Source: Candidatus Saccharimonadota bacterium | GTDB taxonomy: Bacteria; Patescibacteriota; Saccharimonadia; CAILAD01; BJGX01 | Assembly: GCA_046350735.1 (NCBI GenBank) | Contig: JAXLZU010000001.1 | Location: 384,967-448,966, forward strand | Length of the DNA stretch: 64,000 nucleotides | Reading direction: 5' to 3' | In this document: positions 45,606 to 54,468 of the stretch, in pieces | Layout of the letters: the number at the start of each line of letters is the position of its first letter | Position numbering within the stretch: position 1 is the stretch's first letter | The notes under the pieces: generated by a model | Seen by the model: the letters and a program-made list of their open reading frames with translations, nothing else | What the model was told of the DNA's origin: nothing | The model's database searches: none | Made by a program: the position numbers and the translations under genes

Positions 45606-47096
45606 TCATTTTGTAACCTCCATTAATTTACGTGTTTCTAAGACATTTTCCGCGATTGCACGAGCGAAATTCGTGTATTTAACAGATAGAGCACCTCCTT
45701 TTAATGTTACATCAGCGAAAAGTTTTGATATTATCAGCCTTTTTTGATCCGGCGACTTTTTGCAATAGATTCCAGCAGCCTTTTGCGATAGTTCTAGTAG
45801 GACGAGCCTTTGTTGCAGGCTCTTTGATAGTGAGTTATCCAGCTTGCTCAGTTTTCCACCAAGCTCTGTGAGTTGATCTGTGAACTGCTGGTGCTTTTCC
45901 TCGTACTTAGCTTGAGGTATGTCGCCGGATAACTTGTCATCATACAAACCCTCATCCATACGCTTAATACGGTCAATTTGGAGCTGGATGGAGGCTTGCA
46001 GCCTATCTTGGCCTTCTACCGTATCCTGGTAGTGCTCACGCATGGCATTAGCCACCCAGTCAATAATCGCTGGCGAGGGACAAATAAGCTTTTCTAACAT
46101 TTCAACGATCATTTGCTCAACTCGGTCTTCACGAAGTAGTTTGACGGTCTTACAAGTCTCACTACGACGCTTACAGACGCCGTAGTAGCGGCCTTTTTGC
46201 AACTGCCAAGTTACGGCAGTGCCACAGTCTTCACAGCGGATGAGACTCTTCAATGGCGGGTTATGTCGAACATAGACCAACGGCCGGCCTTTGTGCATTT
46301 TATGTTGTACCTTTTCAAACAAGTCTTTACTAATTATGGGTTCTTGGGCGCCTGGATAGTCTTTACCATTAAAGCGGTTAATGCCGATGTAAAATGGATT
46401 CGTTAATATCTTCTGCACCTGACTTTTCGCGTAAGGCCTACCTTTACGAGTCGTAATGCCCATTAGTTTCATTTCTTCAGCAACTGATGCTATGGAATGG
46501 TTTGGCTCGATATACTTCTTAAAGATCTCTTGCATTAGGCTGGTGGTCGCCGGATCAGGCACGTGAATACGTTTGCCACCTTCAACGATGGTTATGTAGC
46601 CCGGGGGTGGTACTGAGGGCAACCAGCCTTGGGCAAGCTTCTCAGCCCAACCCTTCATGGCTTCTTCACGGAGGTTGTCGGTGTACTTTTTAGCAACAGA
46701 TATATGGATATTCCACATAAACTTAACATCTGACTTGGCATTCTTGTGGAGTAATAAGTTCTCTTTAACAGCATGGAGTCTTCGGTTATCGTCTGTTTCT
46801 AACCAATCATCGATAGCTACTGCATCGCGAAAGTTTCGAGTAAACCGATCAGTTTTCTCAATAGCTAAGTGATAGATGTTGTTTTTAGAGATATAGGCTA
46901 GGAGTTCGTGGAAAACCTTACGGCTCTGTTCTTTTGAAGCCGTTTCAGCAATTTTAAAGACTTTAACAACCTTCAAGTCCTTATTTTCGCAATAGCCTTG
47001 TAGCAGCTTTAGTTGGGAATCTAACGAATAACCTTCATCTTCTTGGGACTTACTGGAGACTCGAGCTAGTATGACCGCGTTGAACTGTTGATCCAT
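45606..47096 (-). CDS. Large serine recombinase (resolvase catalytic domain + recombinase domain + zinc ribbon)
   Basis: AVILARVSSKSQ catalytic-Ser motif. 496 aa. C-terminal Cys cluster (CEDCGT...CKRRSETC). Coiled coil. Confidence 0.85.
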   Translation of the reverse strand: MDQQFNAVILARVSSKSQEDEGYSLDSQLKLLQGYCENKDLKVVKVFKIAETASKEQSRKVFHELLAYISKNNIYHLAIEKTDRFTRNFRDAVAIDDWLETDDNRRLHAVKENLLLHKNAKSDVKFMWNIHISVAKKYTDNLREEAMKGWAEKLAQGWLPSVPPPGYITIVEGGKRIHVPDPATTSLMQEIFKKYIEPNHSIASVAEEMKLMGITTRKGRPYAKSQVQKILTNPFYIGINRFNGKDYPGAQEPIISKDLFEKVQHKMHKGRPLVYVRHNPPLKSLIRCEDCGTAVTWQLQKGRYYGVCKRRSETCKTVKLLREDRVEQMIVEMLEKLICPSPAIIDWVANAMREHYQDTVEGQDRLQASIQLQIDRIKRMDEGLYDDKLSGDIPQAKYEEKHQQFTDQLTELGGKLSKLDNSLSKSLQQRLVLLELSQKAAGIYCKKSPDQKRLIISKLFADVTLKGGALSVKYTNFARAIAENVLETRKLMEVTK

Positions 47097-47104
47097 AACA
47101 ACCT

Positions 47105-47267
47105 CTTAAATAGCTCCCGCTAAGACTTCAAAGAAGTTTATGAGCGACTCGCCGACCTCTAGAGCTTCATCATAGCTAATTGACCGTTTTTGTTTTGTTT
47201 CGAGAATTTTACGGAGTACTTCGATACTATCAGTTGATAGTGTTTCGGTACTTTCTTGATTGTTCAT
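47105..47267 (-). CDS. 53-aa ORF directly upstream of the recombinase; possible recombination-directionality or regulatory mini-protein
   Basis: MNNQESTETLSTDSIEVLRKILETKQKRSISYDEALEVGESLINFFEVLAGAI. Below the ORF-track cut-off. Position only. Confidence 0.2.
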
Positions 47268-47379
47268 TCTGGATACCCTCCAATGCTTATAAGGATAGTA
47301 TACTACGCCTATAGGGATAGTTACAAGGGGTTTTCCACAGTAATTTTTAACTATTTTTCAGTGTATCTTTACAGCTAAT

Positions 47380-47826
47380 TTGTTTGGTTTTAACGGGGTT
47401 AAAGCAATTATGGCGTATAATAACGGTATGAAATCGCAGGCCGAGAACGATGTTAGAGACACGATAATCAATCCGTATTACGCGGTAACACTTGCTGACT
47501 ATCTATTTGAGGCTAAGAAGACAGCACTGGTCAAAGAAGACTGGGTACTTGCAAACACCAAGCTTATAAAGGAAATGGGCTCTTCCAACTGGCTAAAGCA
47601 GTTACTGGTAACGCTCACTACAGAACCGTCAGAAAATCTTACCCATATGGTGATGAGCCCGCGTCAAGCTGTGACGCTTTCTGAAAGATTAGCCGGTAAG
47701 CACGATCCTACAATAGATACTGCCTCGTGGATTAAAGCCAATGTGAAGTTAATTGATGAACTCGGCGCAGAGCAGTGGTTATGGCAACTACTCAAAGTTT
47801 TAGAGACAGGTGGCGTAGTCGAATAA
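47380..47826 (+). CDS. Hypothetical protein built from two ~50-aa internal repeats
   Basis: NPYYAVTLADYLFEAKK...WVLANTKLIKEMGSSNWLKQLLVTL versus SPRQAVTLSERLAGKHD...WIKANVKLIDELGAEQWLWQLLKVL. Confidence 0.35.
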   Translation: MFGFNGVKAIMAYNNGMKSQAENDVRDTIINPYYAVTLADYLFEAKKTALVKEDWVLANTKLIKEMGSSNWLKQLLVTLTTEPSENLTHMVMSPRQAVTLSERLAGKHDPTIDTASWIKANVKLIDELGAEQWLWQLLKVLETGGVVE

Positions 47827-48047
47827 AGGCATTTTAGGCCTCAAAAGTAATCCAAAATAAGCTTTCATAATTGTCCCCATGGGCGGGGACACTTTTTGAC
47901 TTGAGTATATCTGTTGGTATAGAATACTTGTATCTTCTACCTATTAAAGTATCGGAGTAGGAGGGGTAGGCATATTATCACCTCATCATCGTGAACCCAT
48001 GCTGCCCTTAACTTTAAAACTACTTCATTAACTATGCTCCATCTACT

Positions 48048-48833
48048 ATGAACTCTTCAAAAATTACTAGCAAACAACAAGCAATAATACAATTACTCTA
48101 CAAACACAGATTCTTAGACAGAACCCATATCCAGGCATTACTACACCACAAAGACAAACGACGTATTTTTGCTTGGCTGAAAGATCTTCGGGAAAAGGAA
48201 TACATCGAATGGATCTATGACAAGAACGATTTTGCCAACAAGACGAAACCTGCAGTTTACTATCTCGGTCTGAACGGCATACGATACCTCAGAACCCTCA
48301 ATGAGTATCCATCGACTGAACTACGCAAACGCTACAAAGAATCCTCACGACAGCAATCGTTCATTGGTCGCTGCCTGACACTAGCCGACTGTTGCATTAC
48401 CGCGGGAACCAAAAGTATTGGCGATGTGCAGTATTCATACGCATTAGAAGCAGACTACACCAAGCCTAATAACGAATACTACTTTTTAAATGAACTAAAA
48501 CCGCATTTGTGTTTTACCAAGCAGGATAGCACTGAACACAAGAGTTACTTACTGGAGGTGTTTGATACGACCACACCCAGCTACATGCTTAAGAAACGAC
48601 TAAAAGACTACATTGAATATCTTGATAGTGGCGAGTGGGAAGATGCGACTGGAGATAGCCAACCACCAATTGTACTGATGGCTTGTACGACTACCGCTGA
48701 TCTTCTCTATGCCAAACACCGAACTCGCACGTTACTAGAAGATGCTGGCAACGATAATCTTCATATTCGCTTCGCTACTCTCGAGAGACTCAGACAACAT
48801 GGTGTTACTGGAATAATTTGGGAAGAAACCTAG
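48048..48833 (+). CDS. Replication-relaxation family protein (winged-helix, plasmid/ICE-type)
   Basis: N-terminal QQAIIQLLYKHRFLDRTHIQALL...IFAWLKDLREKEYIEW typical of this family. Confidence 0.5.
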   Translation: MNSSKITSKQQAIIQLLYKHRFLDRTHIQALLHHKDKRRIFAWLKDLREKEYIEWIYDKNDFANKTKPAVYYLGLNGIRYLRTLNEYPSTELRKRYKESSRQQSFIGRCLTLADCCITAGTKSIGDVQYSYALEADYTKPNNEYYFLNELKPHLCFTKQDSTEHKSYLLEVFDTTTPSYMLKKRLKDYIEYLDSGEWEDATGDSQPPIVLMACTTTADLLYAKHRTRTLLEDAGNDNLHIRFATLERLRQHGVTGIIWEET

Positions 48834-49240
48834 CCAGAATTTGCATCAATATAGTCAAGAACTCTCTGTCGAAGCAGCTCACAACGTTTGATGGTCTTAT
48901 CGCTATCTCCTAGTGACTCACGATCAAGCACCTCGAATTCGCGGACTGATGATCCTTGCGGGAATTGCTGCCAGGTTAGATCAATGTGGAAGAGTGTTCC
49001 ATTGACAGACAGACCATTCCAGAAATGCTTATCTGCACTTCTGCTCATACCAGTCCATACCCATCCTTTAATAATTTCCATTTGAGGGAAGAATGACTGA
49101 ACAACCCAAGCTGTCGGGTAGCATTGGCCAAGAGCCGGGTTACCTTTCTGAGCAACGCCTAGATATGAAGTCTTTTTATCCCAAGATGCCTCAAGGGCTT
49201 CTCGTAAGTGAAGCAGATCGATATTTTGGTCTTTTGACAT
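48830..49240 (-). CDS. Hypothetical protein, possible papain-like/transglutaminase-like Cys-His hydrolase
   Basis: GQCYPTAW followed by HFWNG/FHIDLTW. Weak. Confidence 0.25.
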   Translation of the reverse strand: MSKDQNIDLLHLREALEASWDKKTSYLGVAQKGNPALGQCYPTAWVVQSFFPQMEIIKGWVWTGMSRSADKHFWNGLSVNGTLFHIDLTWQQFPQGSSVREFEVLDRESLGDSDKTIKRCELLRQRVLDYIDANSG

Positions 49241-49390
49241 GCATCGATTATCTCATTGATGGCTAGTATTAACGAGTCATTTGAGCGTCTTAAACCGTAA
49301 CCCCAAAAGAGTACGCTCTTTGGGGTTCCTTACTTTTCGAATAGAAAAGTAAGTTTGCAGCTAGATTCAGAAGATTGCTATGAACTCAAG

Positions 49391-49924
49391 TTACCATCTT
49401 AAGAGATTATTATGCGAATCAACCAGTTCTGCGCTAAGCCTTACATCCTCTAACGTGTAATCAGATGCTTCAGGATGGGTATGCGAAGCATCCTTCTTAA
49501 GGCGATCCATTTCTTTGGTTGCTTCTTGCTCAGTTTTCTTTCCAATAGTTTTTACGATAATTTTGTAAGTATAATCGTTGCCCTTAAGGCAGCTATACAC
49601 GAGCTTAACGAACCACCTGTACTTGTACCAATTTTCTTTGTCTATATCTGATAGTATTTGCTTAACTTTGTGGAGAATTTCTGAGGCAATTTGTTCCTCA
49701 GTCGCATCATAATCATCGATATCGCTACCGACATCCAATGAACCATCTTCACGCTCAAAATCAAGTTCATTAATGAAATTGATAGCAGTGACAGTATTAA
49801 GACTAAGCCCCTTTGTGTCAGGCTTTGTAATGGTTGCTAGTGCATCTACGGTTGCGACAGCATCGCTATTTTGACTTATAACTTTCCTGACTTTGTCTAG
49901 GTAGTCTTTTTCTAACTTGTTCAT
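49391..49924 (-). CDS. Hypothetical acidic protein
   Basis: ORF with coding-like composition. No motif. Confidence 0.3.
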   Translation of the reverse strand: MNKLEKDYLDKVRKVISQNSDAVATVDALATITKPDTKGLSLNTVTAINFINELDFEREDGSLDVGSDIDDYDATEEQIASEILHKVKQILSDIDKENWYKYRWFVKLVYSCLKGNDYTYKIIVKTIGKKTEQEATKEMDRLKKDASHTHPEASDYTLEDVRLSAELVDSHNNLLRW

Positions 49925-50018
49925 ATAACTATAGTAGCAGAGTAATGAATTTGAAGCTTGTGTTAAAGGCTAGTTTTCCAAACAAGATTACAGAGGTGTT
50001 TTCTGCTATGATAGGTAA

Positions 50019-50705
50019 ATGAACAAGCCCCATACAACACTATTTATGCTCATGTCTTTTGATGGTAAGATTTCAACTGGCACTATTGAAGAGCGGGACT
50101 TTGATAAAGATCTAGCCAAGGTTGGTAAGATTGCCGATGGGCTTAAGCAATACTATCAACTAGAGGAAGAAACTGACTTGTTTTCACTTAACACTGGTAA
50201 GGTTATGGCAAAAGTTGGCTGGAATGACGAGAAGGCCAGTATTGATAAGCTGCCCGTTAGCTTCGTCATTATCGACAGTAAACCTCATCTTACTAACTTA
50301 GGCGTAACAAACTTACTCAAACGAACCAAAAAGCTCTATATTGTCACTACCAACAAAGAACATCCTGCTTACAATATAAAAGATGACGACTTGGAAGTAA
50401 TGCACTTTGATAAACAGATTGATTTTGTGAAGCTTTTTGCAGATCTTGCGAATATGGGCGTAGACAGGCTGACTGTTCAGTCTGGCGGTACACTCAATGC
50501 TGTTCTATTCAGAGCTGGCTTGATTGATGAGCTGTCGGTTGTTATTGCACCGCTGATAGTTGGCGGTAAAGATACACCAACACTGGTTGACGGTGCTTCA
50601 TTAGTAACAGGTGAAGATTTGCGTCAGCTACGACCTCTTGAGCTTATTGAAGTAAAGAAACTAGACGGGTCATATATACATATGAAGTACAAAGTCATCA
50701 ATTAG
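50019..50705 (+). CDS. RibD C-terminal-domain (DHFR-fold) reductase family protein
   Basis: TLFMLMSFDGKISTG. DRLTVQSGGTLNAVLFRAGLIDELSVVIAPLIVGG. Confidence 0.6.
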   Translation: MNKPHTTLFMLMSFDGKISTGTIEERDFDKDLAKVGKIADGLKQYYQLEEETDLFSLNTGKVMAKVGWNDEKASIDKLPVSFVIIDSKPHLTNLGVTNLLKRTKKLYIVTTNKEHPAYNIKDDDLEVMHFDKQIDFVKLFADLANMGVDRLTVQSGGTLNAVLFRAGLIDELSVVIAPLIVGGKDTPTLVDGASLVTGEDLRQLRPLELIEVKKLDGSYIHMKYKVIN

Positions 50706-50803
50706 AGCTAATGTTTACATCCTTCAAATTTTGTATACCATGTAACTAGAGAGGGGCTTGTGTTTGCTTGCGAGGAGACCGAAGCTTCTTTTTTTGGTAA
50801 GAT

Positions 50804-51346
50804 ATGTGGATGGAACCAAAACCCATGCCTCCTGAAAACGAACCAACTATTGAGATTAAACTGTGTAGTGAAGCTGATTTAGCCTTACTTAACAAAGCCA
50901 TCCCTGCACCAGGCTATCATGAAAAAAGATTTGCAGAGCAAGAAGATGGTAAAAGTAGTTACCTAATTGCTTGGCAAAACGACGTACCAGTTGGTCACTT
51001 AAATCTTAAGTGGGAAGGTAGTGGACCACAAGTTAGTCAGTATTTGCCTAATACTCCCGAGCTAAATGCAATTGGGGTCTGGCCACCAGAAAAGCGTTCA
51101 CAAGGTATCGGTGGACAGTTAATTGTTCAAGCCGAAGCCATGGCAAAAGAAAAAGGCTTCAAGCAAGTTGCTCTTGCTGTTAGTTTGGACAACCCTCGAG
51201 CCAAAGAGCTATATGAAAAACATGGCTATAAAGATTGGGGTCATGGAGAATATTTTGATAAGTGGACTGAAAAAGATAGCGAAAGGAAAAAAATTCAACA
51301 CAACGACCCTTGTTACTACTTGGTTAAGAAATTGGAAGAAGACTAG
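50804..51346 (+). CDS. GNAT N-acetyltransferase
   Basis: IGVWPPEKRSQGIGGQLIVQAEAMAKEKGFKQVALAV acetyl-CoA-binding motif. Confidence 0.7.
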   Translation: MWMEPKPMPPENEPTIEIKLCSEADLALLNKAIPAPGYHEKRFAEQEDGKSSYLIAWQNDVPVGHLNLKWEGSGPQVSQYLPNTPELNAIGVWPPEKRSQGIGGQLIVQAEAMAKEKGFKQVALAVSLDNPRAKELYEKHGYKDWGHGEYFDKWTEKDSERKKIQHNDPCYYLVKKLEED

Positions 51347-51431
51347 TTCTCACCTCTAATACCACTCGGAGCCAGAGTTTATACTTGCTTGAGAGAAGAC
51401 AGAAGCTATTCTTTATTAGTATAATAACAAT

Positions 51432-51890
51432 ATGATTATTCTCATCGGTGGCGCGCCAAAAACGGGAAAAAGTTATTTGGCACACAACATTGCAAAACAA
51501 AAGAATGGTAAGGTTATTGAGTTAGATACTCTTATGCTGGAGTGGAACTTGAGCGTTTCAGATAAAGATTTTTCAAAAAAACTACCCGTATGGCAAGCTA
51601 AGAGAGATGGTAAAAAGTCGACTATAGAGGATTATAGAGTTGAAGCCCAAACCTACTGGCCAGCAATTAAATTACTAATAGACTCTGAGCTAAACAAAAC
51701 CAGCGTTAGCATTATTGAGGGTGCTCAACTATCCCCAAAGCTCTTACGACAATGGCTCGATAGCTTGAACGATAAACAGTCGCGTAGCGTAGAAGTTATC
51801 TTTCTTTCTCATAGTTCTGCTCCACTGAATAGTGAGTTTAAGGCAGACGCTGAAGTTAATGGGTTTAAAACTGTTCAAAGGGACATGTAA
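51432..51890 (+). CDS. Small P-loop NTPase/kinase (cargo kinase 1)
   Basis: Walker A IILIGGAPKTGKSYLA. ~150 aa, kinase-sized. Confidence 0.5.
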   Translation: MIILIGGAPKTGKSYLAHNIAKQKNGKVIELDTLMLEWNLSVSDKDFSKKLPVWQAKRDGKKSTIEDYRVEAQTYWPAIKLLIDSELNKTSVSIIEGAQLSPKLLRQWLDSLNDKQSRSVEVIFLSHSSAPLNSEFKADAEVNGFKTVQRDM

Positions 51891-51896
51891 TGAATT

Positions 51897-52388
51897 ATGC
51901 AATCTAACACTTACAAACTTATAATTTTAGCTCCATCTTGCGGAGGCAAATCGTCTCTGATGCGTTACTTACGAGAGCACACAGACCTACACATCGCCGA
52001 AACAGATGAAGAAGTTATGAAAGCAAATAATGATGTTTGGCCAGATGACGAGCTAAAAAACAAAGTGCTTGTACCTCGAACTACTAACGAAATAATTAGC
52101 AGAGAAAACGTAGTTTACTTTGCAAGCTATATTCCTACTGAGTTGATTCAAAAAGCCCGGCAAAAAGGCTTCAAGATAATTATTTTGGATACACCTTTAG
52201 GAGTCTTAAGGAAACGAAATTCTCAAAGGATGAGCAAAGAAGGATACGATGATGTCTCACGGTGGTTTAAAGGACAGTTAGACAACTATAAATCACTTGG
52301 TGAAAAACATATCGTAGACCAAGCTATTAATGGTAACCAGGATGTAGAGAAAGTTGCTGCAGAAGTTATGAAGGCAGCAAAAAGCTAA
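51897..52388 (+). CDS. Small P-loop kinase (shikimate/gluconate-kinase-like fold; cargo kinase 2)
   Basis: Walker A LIILAPSCGGKSSLMRYL followed by the acidic TDEE. Confidence 0.5.
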   Translation: MQSNTYKLIILAPSCGGKSSLMRYLREHTDLHIAETDEEVMKANNDVWPDDELKNKVLVPRTTNEIISRENVVYFASYIPTELIQKARQKGFKIIILDTPLGVLRKRNSQRMSKEGYDDVSRWFKGQLDNYKSLGEKHIVDQAINGNQDVEKVAAEVMKAAKS

Positions 52389-52389
52389 C

Positions 52390-53031
52390 ATGCAATCTAA
52401 CACGTTAAAATATAGTACGGAGTTCCAGAAACTCATCTCAAACCCAGAACAGTTTGCAGAATTGATGAAAGATAATGAATCAAGCCCTGTTTATGAAGAA
52501 TGGGAACAAAAACGACGTTTCATTGCTGATGTCGTAGATTCCGATGGTACTATTTTAGATATTGGGTGTGCCGGGGGGTTCTTCTTACGCAGCTTACAAG
52601 AGTGGTCTGGCCATAAACTAACTCCATATGGCGTGGATATCGACGAAGGTTATATTTATGCGGCCCAAAAGCTCTATCCCGATCTAAAAGATCACTTTGC
52701 AGTGCTCGATGTACGAGAAATAAATACAATATCAACTGTCGGTTTACCAGAGAACTATGACTTTGTGTACTGGAACTTCCTTGGGTTAAAGTATTTTAAA
52801 GATTCAAACTTACACGAAACAATTAAAAGTATTATTGCCTTAGCGAATAAACGCGTAATAGTGGGTTTTTATCGAGCAAATTCACCGAAAGCGACAGAAA
52901 CTGAGCAACAAGAAGAAAAAGCTCAACTAAAAAAGCGAGTTGATGACTTTACAAAAGACTGGCCGGTAACCGGTACGCTCTATAACCCAACTAAGTTTAA
53001 CCAAGCAATTGTGTGGATAGATAAAGAGTAA
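52390..53031 (+). CDS. Class I SAM-dependent methyltransferase
   Basis: Motif I ILDIGCAGGFF. Acidic post-I residue (YGVDID). Confidence 0.65.
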   Translation: MQSNTLKYSTEFQKLISNPEQFAELMKDNESSPVYEEWEQKRRFIADVVDSDGTILDIGCAGGFFLRSLQEWSGHKLTPYGVDIDEGYIYAAQKLYPDLKDHFAVLDVREINTISTVGLPENYDFVYWNFLGLKYFKDSNLHETIKSIIALANKRVIVGFYRANSPKATETEQQEEKAQLKKRVDDFTKDWPVTGTLYNPTKFNQAIVWIDKE

Positions 53032-53038
53032 TTCTGAT

Positions 53039-53527
53039 ATGGCGAAGTATAACTATCTCATTGAAGGCTTATCGGGCAGTGGTAAATCCTCTGTTTGCGA
53101 GGAACTTTTTCGGCGTGGCTACAACGCTGTTGATGCTGATGAAGAATATGCCTTTTTTGCAGACCCAGTGACGGGACAGCCCACAGAAGAACATCAGCAT
53201 ATGTATTGGGTATGGGATGCCAAGAAGATGACAACACTTCTCGCAGACAGGAACCAAGATGTACTATTTGTATGTGGCGGTGCCAATAATCGCGACGACT
53301 TTATGCATTACTTCGACAAGGTCTTCAACTTGAAGATTGATAAAGAGACTTTGCAGCAACGAATCACAACTCGAACAAACAACTCTTTTGGTAAAAAAGA
53401 ACATGAACTTGCTCGGATACTCGAATTGCATGGCCAAGGCTGGAAGCCAAAAGGAGCTATTGATATTGACGCCACTAAACCAATCCCTGCAGTTGCAGAT
53501 ACAATATTACAAGAGGTTGATAGATGA
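53039..53527 (+). CDS. Small P-loop kinase (cargo kinase 3)
   Basis: Walker A LIEGLSGSGKSSVCEEL and VDADEEY. Confidence 0.5.
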   Translation: MAKYNYLIEGLSGSGKSSVCEELFRRGYNAVDADEEYAFFADPVTGQPTEEHQHMYWVWDAKKMTTLLADRNQDVLFVCGGANNRDDFMHYFDKVFNLKIDKETLQQRITTRTNNSFGKKEHELARILELHGQGWKPKGAIDIDATKPIPAVADTILQEVDR

Positions 53528-53709
53528 ATAGAATTGGCGAAAAGAAACTAAATAATTGGAAAGAAACGTTAGCTAAATCTGGTCTTGTACTCAAGACAGA
53601 TGATGAGTACCTTGAGGCTTTCCACAATTTAGTCGGCTATTTTGACGTCTTGATACAGATGGACTATCAACAGCAAATTAAAAAGCGAGCAGCATCAGAT
53701 AGTAATTAA
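53524..53709 (+). CDS. 61-aa hypothetical ORF between the kinase block and the R-M pair
   Basis: Overlaps the kinase-3 stop. No motif. Confidence 0.25.
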   Translation: MNRIGEKKLNNWKETLAKSGLVLKTDDEYLEAFHNLVGYFDVLIQMDYQQQIKKRAASDSN

Positions 53710-53735
53710 GCTGCTATAAATGTAAAATAGAATCA

Positions 53736-54428
53736 ATGAATCAACTACTACCATTTATTACTGATGAGCTACTCAACAAGTACACAAAAGAGGTTTTAGA
53801 CAAAGCACACACTGCTGAGGCAGATGCTGAAGCAAAACTTTATAGCAATGTTATTGATCCATTTTCGGCAGTATTTGCTGCCACTCTTCACGACATGACA
53901 CTTGAAGAATGGCTTGTTCAAGAAAAGTCTCGGCAAATACAGAAAACCCTCGAAAACGCTTTGGGTGATTTTCATCAAAAAGTACTTGGTTCTATGCCTG
54001 GCTGGGAAAATGCTGGCAAGGGTGGCAGTTACGATATTAAGAATGAAACTAAAAAGATCATTGCTGAGATTAAGAACAAACACAATACCATGAACTCCAG
54101 CTCAGCAGAGGCAGTCTACCAAAAACTCGCCGGTCATCTCAGATTCTCAGAGAAAGACTTTACTGCTTACTTGGTATTTATTATTCCAAAGCCATCAGCC
54201 CGTTACGATAAAGAATGGTCTCCAAATCAACGAACCATGACCCTCCGTGATGATATCCGCAAAATTGATGGTGCAAGTTTTTATGATTTAGCATCGGGCA
54301 ATGAGAATGCTCTAAAAATGCTGTATGATGTGCTACCTAGTGTTATTAGTAACATCATGGGTACAAGCGAGCCGAAAGTGAAAGCAACCTCAGCTTTCGA
54401 TCAACTCTTCAAACGTGCTTATAAGTAG
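53736..54428 (+). CDS. Putative type II restriction endonuclease (PD-(D/E)xK)
   Basis: GGSYDIKNETKKIIAEIKNKHNT matches a D...ExK nuclease core. Sits immediately upstream of the C5-MTase. Confidence 0.4.
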   Translation: MNQLLPFITDELLNKYTKEVLDKAHTAEADAEAKLYSNVIDPFSAVFAATLHDMTLEEWLVQEKSRQIQKTLENALGDFHQKVLGSMPGWENAGKGGSYDIKNETKKIIAEIKNKHNTMNSSSAEAVYQKLAGHLRFSEKDFTAYLVFIIPKPSARYDKEWSPNQRTMTLRDDIRKIDGASFYDLASGNENALKMLYDVLPSVISNIMGTSEPKVKATSAFDQLFKRAYK

Positions 54429-54468
54429 TAACCCTTGCATTATGCAGTGGTTACTATAATATAGAAGC

